64,000 bases of DNA. It comes from Flaccisagitta enflata. Its lineage: Eukaryota. Where the stretch lies: assembly GCA_965153355.1 (NCBI GenBank), contig OZ231126.1, forward strand, positions 24,180,001 through 24,244,000. The letters run 5' to 3'. Of the stretch, positions 28,272 to 45,039 are shown one piece after another. The notes below the pieces were generated by a model, which ran no database searches, was not told where the DNA came from, and worked only from the letters and a program-made list of their open reading frames with translations. How positions within the stretch are numbered: position 1 is the first letter of the stretch; every line of letters begins with the position of its first letter. Position numbers and translations under genes: made by a program.

Positions 28272-29774
28272 AATCTTAAAACTACAATATGCAAATGATA
28301 TCAATGCTGACTGCAATTACCATCATCTCCATTTCGATCTTCTCCTTCTTGATCTGTTTCTTTTCGTGCTTTTTCCTTCTTCTTCTTCATATTCTTCTTC
28401 TTCTTCTTCTTCTTCTTCTTCTTCTTCTTCTTCTTCTTCTTCTTCTTCTTCTTCTTCTTCTTCTTTTCCATCTTCTTCTATCATTGGGACCTGCCAACAT
28501 CTCCCTTTCCCTGCCGAGAAGCGGCGCTGCTCGCTGCTCCAAAATCTAGAGGCCTGCCTTTTTCCTTGCTAACCCATGAGTTCCATCTCCCTATACTGCC
28601 TCAACACTTCCCTAAATTCTGCTTACCTTCTTTCTGCCTCCACTACCTAAAATCTTTTCCATCTTTATGCCTCCCCCTCTCAATCCCCTAATTCAGCCTT
28701 CATCTCCCTTTCTTCCCTCCACCTTCTGTGTCCCCTGACAACACCTTCGCTTACCCTTATCTTGTGCCTCCACCTCTTCCCTTCTCTGCCTCCTCCTCTC
28801 CCTCCTCTTTATTTTCGCCATCAGTTTCTCTCTTCACTTTCCTCAGTTTCTCTCTTAGTATATCGTGAAGAATTATCTCGGCTGGCGCGGTTCAGTCGCG
28901 ATCCTGGCGGCGACCGACGGCGTTATCGTGACAGTTATGGTCAATAAAAGACACCAAAGCGGCCGAACGAGGAAGGAAGCCTCCCAGAGACGGCGCGCTG
29001 TAGTAGTAGTAGTAGAAAAACCGCCCCTTTACCACGACCGCATAGCCGTGGGAAGAAAATGACGGTAGAGGTTTCACTTTTGAAGGTTGGGGAATGAAAG
29101 GGAGGTGGGGGTGGATGAGTGGAAGGTGATGGCCTACCACTTGTGATTGAGAGAAAAACGTCACTACGTTGTTGACTTGATCCAGTTTTATTGTACTAAA
29201 ATGGGCAGTTCATTGTTCATTTTTAAAGTGGTGGGCGAGTCAGTGATCAAGAATGTTACCTCCTGCTGCTGAAGTAGTTATTTTAATGATCTAATAATCG
29301 TATAAAGTTGTAACTTGAAGCGGTCGTCTAAATTAGTAAGTGATACCTAATGAAGAAGTCACAAAGTTAATGCAGTGGGTAGCCAATGATCCGTCAATTT
29401 TATCACCAGTCAGGGTGGTTTTATGGTAAATGGTGACCAGATGATGGTGACGCCGACGTTGATGGTGAAGCCGATGGTGAAGCCGGCGCCGGACGGAAAA
29501 TGTTGCACGAAACTTTTCCCTGAAGCGGGTCTTTGAAAAGCGGAAAAGGTGAGTAAAAGCGGAAGATAAATGGAGACTCGGCGCGAAAACGTCAGCTTAG
29601 TGGCGGAAAACTGGCGCGAAATTGACGACAGAAAGTGTCAGTGGAATCGACGACAGAAAGTGTCAGTGGAAGCGGCGACAGAAGTGGCAGAAGCGGCAGA
29701 TTTGGCTGAAGCAGTGACGGAAGCAGCAGATGCATTGGAAGCGGTGACAGACTCGGTGGCAGAACCAGCGGTGT
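28272..29774. repeat. Inverted segmental duplicate, arm A' (upstream of the homeobox exon)
   Basis: Reverse complement of 1-1504, near-identical over ~1.3 kb. Confidence 0.95.
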
Positions 29775-30106
29775 GAATGGACAAAAAAAGTGAAGTGGAA
29801 GCGTTGGAAGCAGATGGAACGATGGTAGGTTTGGTAGCGGTAGTAACGAACGCGGTGGCGAGCGTCAGTAGAAGCGACGATGAAAGTGCCGCCGTAGTCG
29901 GTGGAAGCAGCAGCGGTATGACCGGCGTTAATGTCGGACGCCGAGAAAAAAAAAAGCAGCTCCTTGTTGGCCTCGTCAGTGGCGCCGGAAGAAAAAGCCA
30001 AGCGTACAACCGAAAAAAGGCTTTTAAGAGACAATAACGACTTGAAAGCACCGACAGGGGACAAGGGAAAGATCACGAAAGTGATAAAACAAAAGAGAAC
30101 GACGCC

Positions 30107-30171
<65 letters not shown>

Positions 30172-30654
30172 AGAACCTCACTTGCGCAACAACATAAGCA
30201 CTTAGATCAAACACACAGATATATAAATATACGCCAACATCAACATAATAGGTCGAACAATTACAAAACCTCTCAGAGCAACAAAGATGCTTCAGGAGCA
30301 AATCGTTGGAAGTCTAGTGTAAACTGGGTGGTTCGGAAACGCTTCCGACCTAAAGAGGCTGGCCCCAAAGAGGCTGGATATACGGCGACCCCTTCGTGTG
30401 GTCTGGGGGAGGCGGCATCTGTGACCAAGAAACCTCATAAACGCCAAAAAGTTGAAGTTATACTGACTGACCTACTAGGTATAGAGTTGCGTGCACGCGA
30501 CTCAAAAGCATATCCTAATTGCCCCGCTTAATGCAACAGTTGTAATGAAATATACCGAAATTAAGCAATGGTGCATGTTCAACTGAATATGATATCCTTC
30601 AAAGTAAAAGCAGATGAGACATGAATAAAGCGGTCGTTGATCCTTTCTTTCCCT

Positions 30655-31330
<676 letters not shown>

Positions 31331-31717
31331 GTGGTTGAAGCTTCGGCAGAGGAAGAGATATAAAGATGGCGTTAACCGCAGCTTTAGTGCGAAAGTTTTG
31401 ATCAGTATTGACTACTTAGACAGTTGAACAACAGTTTGAGAGAGAGAGAGAGACAGAGAGAGAGAGAGAGACAGAGAGAGAGAGAACGAAGACAGATTAG
31501 AAATACAGACAATATGGGTGGAGGTAGAACGGAAGAGACAGAGAGGGGGGTTGATCATAATGATCGTAATGATTATGAGCGTCCCCAGGACGGAACACTC
31601 TTTTCCTTCTTACTGTTCCATCGATTGCTATCATCTGAGTCCGCCTCACCCTCCACAATCTCGAAAAGTGGGTGGTTTCCAACGGTTTTTATTTCCCCCT
31701 CGGCTGTTGTATATCCT

Positions 31718-31776
<59 letters not shown>

Positions 31777-31994
31777 AAAAGGTTGTGCTATACATTTTCG
31801 AATACGTTTTAACCAGGTCAGCAAAGCTTAATTCACATAATGCTGTTTTGCGGTATCTGTTTTCTACCGTGACATGACGTTTTGAAATGAGACTATAGGT
31901 TGTAGCATAAGGTGCGGATTCTGTATCATTGTGTTCTTTAGTGTGAAAATTTTACAATATGGTCAATGGTCAAGTACAATGCGTATTTGGAGGG

Positions 31995-32445
31995 AGGGCT
32001 GATTGGGGGCCTGGTATGCTGATTTGAGGTCTGGAGAGCGGATTTGAGGCCTGGAGAGCTGATTTGATGCCTTGAGAGCTGATTTGAGGCCTGGAGAGCT
32101 GATTTGAGGCCCGGAGAGCAGATTTGAGGCCTGGAGGGCTAATTTGAGGCTTGGAGGGCTAATTTGAGGGCTTAGAGGGCCTAAATCAGGCCTGAGAGTG
32201 AGGATAAGCGGCCTCGATGGCCATCTGGGGGGGACGGATGGAAGGACGGAAGGACGGACGGAAGGACGGACGGACGTCTGGAAATTCCCCCCTGTGTCCT
32301 ACAGGACATCGGCCCTTTGAGGCCGCTGCCCAAAAACGAAAAAAGATTTAAGTGTGATGGACGGAGGGACGGACCGACGGACCGGCGGACCGGCAAAGGC
32401 TTTGTCAAAGCAGGGTGTTGAGTCGCGTAGCACGCGACTAAAAAT
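31995..32445. repeat. 20 bp minisatellite (gctgatttgaggcctggaga)n with adjacent GGAC-rich short elements
   Basis: About eight consecutive 20-mers at ~32018-32180, then (ggac/ggaa)n and agtcgcgtagcacgcgactaaaaa. The same 20-mer occurs within each 2.8 kb unit (~6880-7100) and reversed at ~63920-64000. Confidence 0.75.
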
Positions 32446-32957
32446 GTCCATGTTGCCCGATGGTGCAAAATCACCAGATCTTGATATCAGCAAATCGTGG
32501 CCAAAGGGCAACATATATCGAGTAGCAGATTTCACGACTGAAAAGCTTATGGATGAGGCCGGATACACGGCCACCTCAGTTGCGTTAAGTTGGGCAGAGG
32601 CAAAGATAGAGGAGAGCATAACGTTTGACGTTTTGACTGAGAGAGCAGGTTCAAGAGTTTGAGATGCTTTGGATAGTAACAAGTGCCCGAAAAGTTACAA
32701 CAGAGCGTCAAAGTCTAGCCATCACACTCACCAGCAATTTATGTTGCATCATCTCTTGATGAACAGATCGGTTTCGATTGCCTTTTTACCATTTTTCAAT
32801 GAGAGAATACCGGAGAGACGGACCAATGGAGAGACTAATGGACGGACAAAGCTAGTAGAAGCGATAGAGCAGACATAGAGAAAGACGAAATCCAACTAAA
32901 CGGAGATAGTCAATTGGACAGTCAGAGATTGAGATGGACTTTTGATCGGCGAGTTAA

Positions 32958-33150
32958 AAAACAAGGCCGCATACACAAAATAAAGTCGTGCGTATGGGCA
33001 GAGGCGGAGAACAGTGATAAAACTTACCCAAGTATTTGGGCAGGAGCATAGCATAAAAATATTCCATGCGTAAACTTGTAACGGACGGACCGATAAGCAA
33101 ACGACGGACATAGCGGGTTGTAGAGTCGCGTGCACGCGACTAAAAAAAAA
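32958..33150 (-). mobile_element. Helentron/DINE-1-like short element
   Basis: aacaaggccgcatacac...ggacggac...tagagtcgcgtgcacgcgactaaaaa. Confidence 0.6.
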
Positions 33151-34260
33151 GATTTTTAGGGTTTGAGCGATTTGTAAAAAGGGAAAAGTCGGCCGAGAGG
33201 AATAAATCACTTCTTTGCCGCTTATCGACTCAAAAGACATAAATCTCGCTACTTATCTGGGACAAAGTTTGAGCCTGAAAAGGGTTTTAACTCGATCATG
33301 TACATTCGTACTAACATCATGTCATCTGGTATTCTTAAAACGAATACTATCTAGGAAATAAATATACGGACACCTAACCGTGATGGTAGTGGGTAAACCA
33401 AATGAAAAACGAAAGCAGATCAACAAACTATGACAAAAAAATCTTCCATTCAAGACCAAGCAGAGTTCAGTGGCTCAATCCGTTATCAAATGTCAGCGTT
33501 TTAAAGAAAAACTGCCATTTTACCAAAATCTATTTTAGAGGATTACAGTTCAAATCATGAATGGATAATTCACATTAAAAGGGCTCTCAAATTCAAACGT
33601 ATTTGTAATGCATCAAGTCTAGCGGCATCACAGACTATCTTGATCCGCGCTCACAACGCTTCTTAATCATAGCTGGCTCGTCTTCTATCTTTCTTTGTAT
33701 CTTTCTGTCTGTCTTTTCTTCCTTCTGAGGTTTCAATGAGACAAACGCGCTTTTCAACAATTGAGTTTTAACTATTTACAAAAAGATGATCGTAGAACGA
33801 GAGAAAATGATAAGTTCACATTTCCAATCCAAAAACGGGTCTCTGCCCCGTCTCCCAAAATTCCCCCCTTCCATACAATATATATAAAAACGCCTCTCTT
33901 TACTAGTATCTTCTTCCTCTCAGTTCATTCCCCCTTCCCGTCCTCCTCATACATTCACGTAGTCTCACACTTGATGTTTTCCTTTTCTTTACAACTTAAA
34001 AGTATTTCCTTACGACCGTAAAAAAAGCGAGCATCATCATCATCATCTTCACCTAGTGCATTGACCTTTAGATGATAAATATTGACCAAAATCACCCTGC
34101 TTGGCCTCATTAGATCACCTTTTTAATAAATTCATTGATTAATTGAAAAAAATTGAAGGCTGCATTTAAACTGCTGCTCTGAAATTATCTAATGTCTGAA
34201 GAAAACAGTAATGATTCAATGATTTTTTGTTGGTTTCAGGGAAATTAAGGACATGCTTGT

Positions 34261-36938
34261 TAGCACGGGGGTTCATGGCAAAAAATGGTCAGAGCCTTTA
34301 AGTTCAGGAGATGTGCGCACCATTTCATGGTAAAATGCACCAAAAAAGATTTGGAGGTCGTCCGATGTCGGGAAGATGGCGCCGCCACCCCCCCCCTGAG
34401 TAAAGTGGTAGTGGTAGTACAAATCTTGTTGTTTAAGGTCATTTTGACCTCATAATTGGGCCACCTTGCCTTCGAAAAATGACAAAATATCCATGAGATT
34501 ATAAAACTAGAGCTCAAGAGCTAACCAGTGGTGCAATCTGCATGTTTCTATCATAACTGGCCAAACCAGCCTACCACTCAACCAGCCTACAAGCCTAAAA
34601 ATGAAAAACTTGCATAACTTTGGCATTTTTCAACCAATTTGGTTGAAACTTGGTATGTGGTCTCTGAATGGAAGGACTCAGTATTTGAATTTGATTTATA
34701 AAGATTTTAGCATGCTAACCGGCCAAACCAGACTACCACCCAACCAGCTTACTAGCCGAAAAGTGAAAAACCTGCATAACTTTGTCATTTTTCAATTGAT
34801 TTGGTTGAAACTTAATATAAAGTCTTGAAATGGAAGGACTCAACTTATGTCTTTGATTTGTTAAGATTTCAGCATGCTAACCGACTAAACCGGCCTACCA
34901 CCCAACCAGCCTACCAGCCTAAAAGTGAAAAACCTGCATAATTTTTGCATTTTTCAACCGATTTGGTTGAAACTTGGTATGTACTCTCTAGATGGAAGGA
35001 CTCAACATATGAATTTGATTTATAAAGATCTTAGCATGCTAACCGGCCTTCCACCCAACCAACCTACCACCTTCTGATTGATGAATATGCATAACTTGAA
35101 CAATTTTCAATCAATTTGGCATTGCTAAACGGCATTGTCAAATGGCGTTGTCAAAGGAGTAGTTGAGAGGTAAGCTGCTTTGGTTGCATACATACATTGA
35201 ATCATTTCATTTTGAGTCTGCATACCAAGTTTTAACCAAATTGATTGAAAGTTGTTTAAGTAATTGTTATGCACATTTATCACTTTGAAGGTGGCAGGTT
35301 GGTTGGATGATAGGCCGTCTAGCATGCTAAAATCTTTATAATCAATTTCATATGTTGAGTCCTTCCATCTAGAGACTACACACCGTTTCAACCAAATTGG
35401 TTGAAAAATGCCAAAGTTATGCAGGTTTTTCACTTTTAGGCTGGTAGGATCGTTGGGTGGTAGGCCGGTTTGATCAATTAGCATGCTAAAATCTAAACAA
35501 ATCAAATATGTATGTTGAGTCTTTACATTTTGAGACTTTATACTAAGTTTTAACCAAATCAATTAAAAATAACAAAGTTATGCACGTTTTTCACTTTTAG
35601 ACTGGTAGGCTGGTTGGGTGGTAGTCCAGTATGGCCAGTTAGCATGCTGAAATCTTTATGAATCAAATTCATATGTTGAGTCCTTCCATTCAGAGACTAA
35701 ATACCAAGTTTCAACCAAATCAATTGAAGAATGCCAAAGATATGCATGTTTTTCACTTTTAGGCTGGTAGGCTGGTTTGGCCGGTTAGAATGCTAAAATC
35801 TTTATTGGGAAAAAAATCGAAAAACGTTTTGATTTTGAGTTCAACAAAATTAATTTTCCCATTTCGCTTGAGATGTTTTGGGAAAGTTGGGTCACGACTA
35901 GGCTCTGAGCTAAAGTTCAAGTGGTACAGGTGAAGAGGTACTTTTTACACCTTCTGGAAAAAAGCAGGGCACTGTCGGACCAATACTTTAGGCGCTATGA
36001 ATTTTTTAATCTTTTTTTATTTTCTCACATTTTCCGCATATTTCTCAAAGATCGATATTTTTCATTGATCTCAATTTTTGGCACTACGTAACAACAAAAA
36101 TCAGTTCAGCAGAGGGCAGAGGGAGGGAGGGATGAGGGAGGGAGGGAGAGAAAGGGTGGGAGAGAGAGGGAGAGAGGGAGGAGGAAGGAGGAGAGGGAGG
36201 AGGAGGAGGAGGAGGGAGGAAAGGGAAGGAAGGGAGAGGAAGGAGGAGAGGAGAAGGAGGAGAAGAGGAGGGAGGAGGAAGGAGGGGAAGGGAGGAAAAG
36301 AGGAGGAAGAGGGGAGGAAAAAGGAGGAGAGAGGAGGAGAGGATGGAAGGAGAAAGGAGAGAGAAGGAGAGGGGGAGGGAGAGAGAGGAGAGGACGAAGA
36401 AAAGGGAGAGGAGGGAGAAGGGGAGGAAGAGACGGAGAGAAGGATGGAAGGGGAGGGAGAAGGAGGGTGAGGAAGGGAGGGAGAGGAGGGAGGGAGAGAG
36501 GGAGGAGGGGCAGATATCGCTGACCACATATTACCCTCTTGGAGGAGAGAGAGGGAAAGGGAAAGAGAGAGAGGAAGGAGAGGAGGAGGAAGGAGAGAGG
36601 GAGAGAGAGGAGGAGAGGAAGGGGGTAGGATGGAGAGAGGAGGGGCAGGGAGGGAGGGGGAGGGAGAGAGGAAGGAAGAGAGGGAGGAGGATGGAAGGAG
36701 AGAGGGAGGAGGAAGAAGAGGAGAAGGAAGAGAGGGGAGAGAGAAAAAGGAGGGAGAGAGAGGAGAAGAGAGTGAGAGAGAAGGGGAGGAAAAGGGAGGG
36801 AGAGAGAGAGGGAGGAGAGAGAGGAAAGAGGAGAGAGAGGAGGGAAGAGAGAGAGAGAATGAGAGAGAGAGAGATAGAGACAGAGAGAAACAGAGGGGTG
36901 AGAGACAGACAGACAGACAATCACGCGCACACACACAC

Positions 36939-37007
<69 letters not shown>

Positions 37008-37487
37008 TTTACGATTTTTTTCCGGTCGGCGAGAGCCGCCTTTACTGGTAAATAAAAACTATATGTTGAATCCTTCCAGTCAGAGACCACATACCAAGTT
37101 TCAACGAAATTGGTTAAAAATGTCAAAGTTATGCACATTTTTCACTTTTAGGCTGGTAGGCTGGTTGGGTGGTAGGCTGGTTTGGCCGGTTATGATAGAA
37201 ACATGCAGATTACACCACTGGTTAGCTCTTGAGCTCTAGTCTTATAATCTCATGGATTTATTGTCATTTTTCTAAGGCAAAGTTGCCCAATTTTGAGGTC
37301 AAAACGACCTTAAACAACAAGATTTGTTCTATCACCACCACTTTACTCAGGGGGGGGGGGTGGCGGCGCCATCTTCCCGACATCGGACGACTTCCAAATT
37401 TGTTTTGGTGCATTATACCATGGAATGGTGCGCACATCTCCTGAACATAAAGGCTCTGGCCATTTTTTGCCATGAACCCCCGTGCTA
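34261..37487. mobile_element. 3.2 kb non-autonomous hAT-like element with ~430 bp TIRs and internal ~180 bp sub-repeats
   Basis: Perfect 8 bp TSD ATGCTTGT (34253-34260 and 37488-37495). Termini TAGCACGGGGGTTCATGGCAAAAAATGG / CCATTTTTTGCCATGAACCCCCGTGCTA. Sub-repeats are direct at ~34560-35110 and inverted at ~35200-35800. Confidence 0.92.
35805..37048 (+). mobile_element. Helitron-like non-autonomous element, copy 1 (nested in the hAT-like element)
   Basis: Splits the host sub-repeat aaaatcttta|taaat at an A|T with no TSD. The 3' end is hairpin GGCG-agagc-CGCC followed by tttaCTGG. Carries polypurine, (GA)n, (GACA)n and (CA)n tracts. A second copy lies at 41090-41986. Confidence 0.7.
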
Positions 37488-38059
37488 ATGCTTGTTTTGA
37501 TTAAATCCTTGACCAATCCCATAAAAAATCCAAACAGAAGCAGATAACAGATCAAAATACCTTAAAATTGCTAAAAAATGATTTATTTGATCATATATTT
37601 GATTCAGTGAATAAAAAGATTAATTTTACTCCAGCTGTCCGTTTATTTATTTCCTAGATACGTCTACAATAACAAACATGATATTTTTGTGGCATTACCG
37701 ATTTGGCGTGATGAAGAAAAGATAGATAACATAAAAAACATAAATAGTATAAATATCATAAGAACGTGCCGATGAAAATATCAAGTCTAATTGCCATCGT
37801 CCAGCCAATATCATCCGCTCCTTGGTCACCACTTTCAATCATGTAGCTCTTTTTCGTGGATCTTTTTAACCGCGTCAGTTGGCAAAAAAAGGGGTTAAGA
37901 TACGGACTATATCTTGAAAGAAAGGTTTGAAGGAATTCAGGGGCAAAGCATTTGTTCAAACAAGCTCTTGAGGCAATCCCCAAAGTACAAACCAGATAAA
38001 CACATAGAGAAACGGAAATGTGTGTTTGAGCTCGTCGTGGCAAGTCATAAATGAAGAAA

Positions 38060-39940
<1,881 letters not shown>

Positions 39941-41089
39941 TAAAAATTCTTTCCATGACTTTAATGCTCATGTATTTCTACCAGTTTGTTGATATCCTGA
40001 AACATTGTTTTATATCAAATTAGCAATCAAATTAAAAAAAAAATCACAACTGCGATTAGCGTTGTACCCTTTCTATCCTTTTTCCAGCTACCAGTTTTCA
40101 TCCTACTATCCTCCTATCTGTTACTTAAAAGTATTTGACAGTATCTTTTTTGCCATGTGTATGAGGATTTTGTTAAAATCTGATCCGTACCACACCCCAA
40201 TCACAGGCTACGAGTAACATGAGAGAGAGAGAGAGAGAGGAACATCCATTAAGGGATAGGTCGATGAAGAAGAAACGGAAGATGCAGAGACAGACAGAGA
40301 CACATTCAGAGACAGACATGCAGTTGAATGCAGACAGACACACAAACAAGCAGAGAGTAGGAAAAAAGAGAAAGACTGAAGCAGCGAGATGAAAAATTGG
40401 CCAAAACACGAACTTCTTTCTGTGAGCGAGACTTGTTGTCTGCGCAAAACATCTGGAATTAAGTACAAACAAACGAATGAAAAGAAGGAGGTATAGACGG
40501 CATCTGCTGATAAAGGGATAGAAAGGGAAAGAGAGGGGGGGGGGCAGTTGATGGTGATGGAACTGCGTAACAAATAATTGAATGAAAATGAAGATGTAAT
40601 ATTTTCATCTGTTGAACACAGATGACAACACGGGGGTTACATGAAGAGGGGAGGTCGGTGGTGCGGAAATTTCGCAAAGACAAACATACAAATAGAGTTG
40701 TATTGACTTTGGCGATGGAAATGTCAGATATATGTAGGGACAGATAGATGGACGGACAGACAGATCAATGACCTGAGAGCATCCCATAGAGTGATCGGAT
40801 TGATACGTAGCATCGCCGCGGTTGAAAAGTGCCGAAAAATGCGAATTTTAAGGAAGCGTAGCAGACAAACCAACGGACAGACAGACCGACAGACAGACCC
40901 ACAGACAGACGGACAGATGAACGAACGAACAGACAGACAGACAGACAGACAGAATTCGAACAGGCAGACAGATTTATTAGACAGACAGCAGACAGACGAC
41001 GAACCAGACAGACAGACAGGCAGACAGACGAACAGGCAGACAGATGAACCCAGACGAGCAGACAGACGAGCAGACAGACGAACCTCTTG

Positions 41090-41781
41090 TGGGAAAAAAA
41101 AAATCAGCGTTTTTACCGATTTTTGAAGATTCCCGGGTTAAGGTAATTTTTCCATTTAAGCAGGAATGTTTTAGGAAGTTGAGTCACAGCAAGCTCGCCG
41201 AGCTGGTTAGTAGTACAGGGTGAAAAGGCACTTTTTACACCTTCTGGAAAAAGCAGGGCACTGTCGTTATGCTAGCGCTGGTGCAATCTTTTTATTTTTC
41301 ACATTTTCCGTATTTTTTTAAAAGATCTATATTTTTCATTGATCTCAATTTTGGCCCTAAGTAACAGCAAATGAGTTCAGCAGAGGAGCATAGGGAGGAG
41401 GGTGAGGGAGGGGAGGGACGAAAGGCCTGGGAGGGAGAGAAGGAGGGAGAGGGAGGGAAGGAGGAGGAGGGATGGAGAGGGAGGAGGGAGGAGGGAGGAG
41501 CGAGGAGGGAGGAGGAGGAGAGGAGAAGGGGAGGAAAGAGGAGGAAGGAGGGACAGGGAGGGCGGAGAGGAGAGGGAGGAGGGGAGGGAAGAAAGTGAGA
41601 GGGGATGGAGAGAGAGGGAGAGGGAGGAAGAGGGGGAGAGGGAGGAAGGGAGAGAGAGGGAGGATGGAGAGGGAGGGAGAGGGAGAGAGGGTGAGGAGAG
41701 AGAGGGAGGGAGGTAAGGAAGAGAGGGAGGGAAGGAGGGAGGGAGGGCGGAGGGAGGAGGAAGTTGCTGTGTTGAAGAGGT

Positions 41782-41823
<42 letters not shown>

Positions 41824-41911
41824 AGACAGACAGACAGACTGACAAACTGATAAAGAGTGACAGCCACAGAGAGAGAGCGACAAAGAGACAGCGAAACAGA
41901 CGCACACATGC

Positions 41912-41959
<48 letters not shown>

Positions 41960-41986
41960 TTTTCCGGCGAGAGCCGCCTTTACTGG
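41090..41986 (+). mobile_element. Helitron-like non-autonomous element, copy 2
   Basis: Same start tgggaaaaaaa, same core ctttttacaccttctggaaaaagcagggcactgtcg, same order of simple-repeat tracts and same end ggcgagagccgcctttactgg|ta. Interrupts a different GACA-rich short element (~40780-42020). Confidence 0.7.
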
Positions 41987-42723
41987 TAGATATGTGTTCC
42001 TGACGGACGCATCTAAAAAGATGATGGGTCGGCGTCAATGAAACAAATATGAAAAGGTGAGAGAAAGGACTGAGGGGGTGTGGAACATGGTGGGATTGAT
42101 GGAGATTGAAAAAGCCGAACGCCACAATATTCTGAAGTAACTTAGGTAATGAACTAGTGATAGTGGGTTTATAGAGTGCATGATGATGAAAATTGGTCGG
42201 CGAAAGAGAGAATACATATTATCAATAAGAAAGATGAGACAAATGAGGAGAAGAAATGGCAGAGAAGAAGTCGGCAACCTGATGAAAATTTAAAAAGAAA
42301 AAAAAAACTCCGGATACAAGAAAGAGAGCATAAGATGTAGAAGAAGAGGAAAAAGTGAAATAAATCTAGCCGCCAAATGTCACACCTCTCTCTCTTTCTT
42401 ACTTTACGCACTTTTATTCATTTATTTCCAAGTTGCTCCATTGCTTTTGATCCTTTCTCAATGCCATCAGTTATTTTTTTAGTTTTCTTTCTATATAATG
42501 AAAGTATGATAATTGATCCTTCCTTTATCGCTTTCTCTTTTTCTATATCCTCAACCCCGTGTTTAAAATTGATTTCATAAATAATTGCTTCTTACTCTAC
42601 AAGGGTGAATCTGTCGTTATTTTGCAGATGTTGATTTTGATATTCACGTCTAGCTTTCCCTGCTTAATTGTATGAAATATGCAACAAAAAGTAGTGAATA
42701 CATTGTTGATCTCACCCACAAAC

Positions 42724-43151
<428 letters not shown>

Positions 43152-43329
43152 CTGGTGTGCCTCAGGTGGCGTTAAGCCGTGAGATGGATGGCACAATTCG
43201 CCTCACTTTAATAATCGTCCCTGAGATGTCAGCAGCGGGCGAAGGAAGGCGAAGGAAGGCGAAGGAAAGGCGGCCACCAACTGACAAAGACAAATGCCAG
43301 CCTTAAATTGCCTTCGGTGCCGAAAGGCA

Positions 43330-43386
<57 letters not shown>

Positions 43387-43618
43387 AGAAAGAGAGATAG
43401 AGATGACGGACGGAAAGAAAGAAAGACAGACAGACAGACAGAAGGACAGACAGACATATAGAGAGACAGAAAGACAGGCAGACACACAGACACACAGACA
43501 CACAGGCATAACATGTAGAAATTGATACTGACAAACATAGGTACTGACAAAGACATAACACAAAGGCAGAGACGTAGGAAAAGACAGAACCAGAGAAAGG
43601 GATTTCAAACTGAAATTG

Positions 43619-43839
43619 AAACAAGGCCGGATACACGGCTACCCTAGTCGCGTGCGGGTGGGCAGGAGCAAAGCTGGAGAAGGTCACTAGGGCATCTGGG
43701 CAGGAGCCATATGCTCAAAAAGCTTAAAAACGCCGAAAAAGTAAAAAGGGGACCGACCAACCGACCGACCGACCAACCGACCAACCGACCGACCAACCGG
43801 CAAAGCCGGGTGTGGAGTCGCGTAGCACGCGACTAAAAA
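43619..43839 (-). mobile_element. Helentron/DINE-1-like short element (best-preserved copy)
   Basis: On the minus strand: TTTTT-AGTCGCGTGCTACGCGACT palindrome, (GGTC)n/(GGTT)n core, subterminal CACGCGACT and 3' hairpin GCCGTGTATCCGGC-CTTGTT; T-rich flanks. Confidence 0.7.
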
Positions 43840-44080
43840 GATGACGAATCAGGACCCCATCGAGTAAGAACAAGGTATTTTTTGGTACCGCCAGATTGTT
43901 AACGACACAACGACATTTATTGATTTGAATGACCGGTTATTCGACATTTCAGGTTGCTATGTTGGCGAATGTTAGACACATACACAAATGCCACTCACAA
44001 GTGCACGCCTGGAAAAAAAACACGTAAACTGATACCCATTGAAGTGGTGGATTTGTTATCTCTGTCGCACTTTCAATAAG

Positions 44081-44137
<57 letters not shown>

Positions 44138-44206
44138 GCAACCAAGAATCGCAAGATGTAAAAGTGAGAACAAAAAAATCATCCACAGCTAATTTGGCAG
44201 TCAAGC

Positions 44207-44237
<31 letters not shown>

Positions 44238-44238
44238 T

Positions 44239-44290
<52 letters not shown>

Positions 44291-45039
44291 TCCACGGCTA
44301 ATTTGGCGGCCAGGCCAACGACCTCAATTACAATTTCAGCCAAAGATTCTTCCCAGATCTGATAACAGCGGAAAAGGCTTTCTAAATCCAACCTGGAAAT
44401 GATTTCTGGGATCAAGCCGATGCCACTTGGCAGAAAGGTAGAATTAAGGCGAATAAAGGATGGCCAAAAAAAAAGAAAAGTAAGGCATCGGGATAACAAT
44501 CGCGGAAGGGATAAGAGGAGCTAAAATGGAATCGGATTAAGCATGGAAAGGAAGTAATGGCTCTTCGAGGCCAAGGCAGGATGATGGAACCTTACCTCGC
44601 CTTCTTCGATTGTTTTGCTTTTAAAGGTTGTAATTGAGACATAAAGGTTACATACGCAATCCGCTTAGGGAACACCGTTTCCATTTAATTCTATTATCTA
44701 CCTAGATTCATTTAAAAATCATTTCGTTGTAGGTTTGACTCACCCGCGACCGCTCACCTCCTGTTTCATCTCTCTGAATCGGATCTTCATCGATACTCCT
44801 CACCAGGGTCACTATTGTCTGCCCGCCATGGCTTCGCTGATCTCTCAGCCACACTTTATGCCATCGCACCTCACCACTTTCAGGCGTTTATCCTCGTCAC
44901 ACTTCACCCCAGCGCACCTCAAATCATAGCTTCTTCCCCCCCCCCCTTGTGGCTTTTACGCCGTCCACACACCATCTCATCACTCTAACCCGTATGTGCA
45001 CCTCACCTCTCAGCTTTTTTCCTACCTCACCTCACTTAA

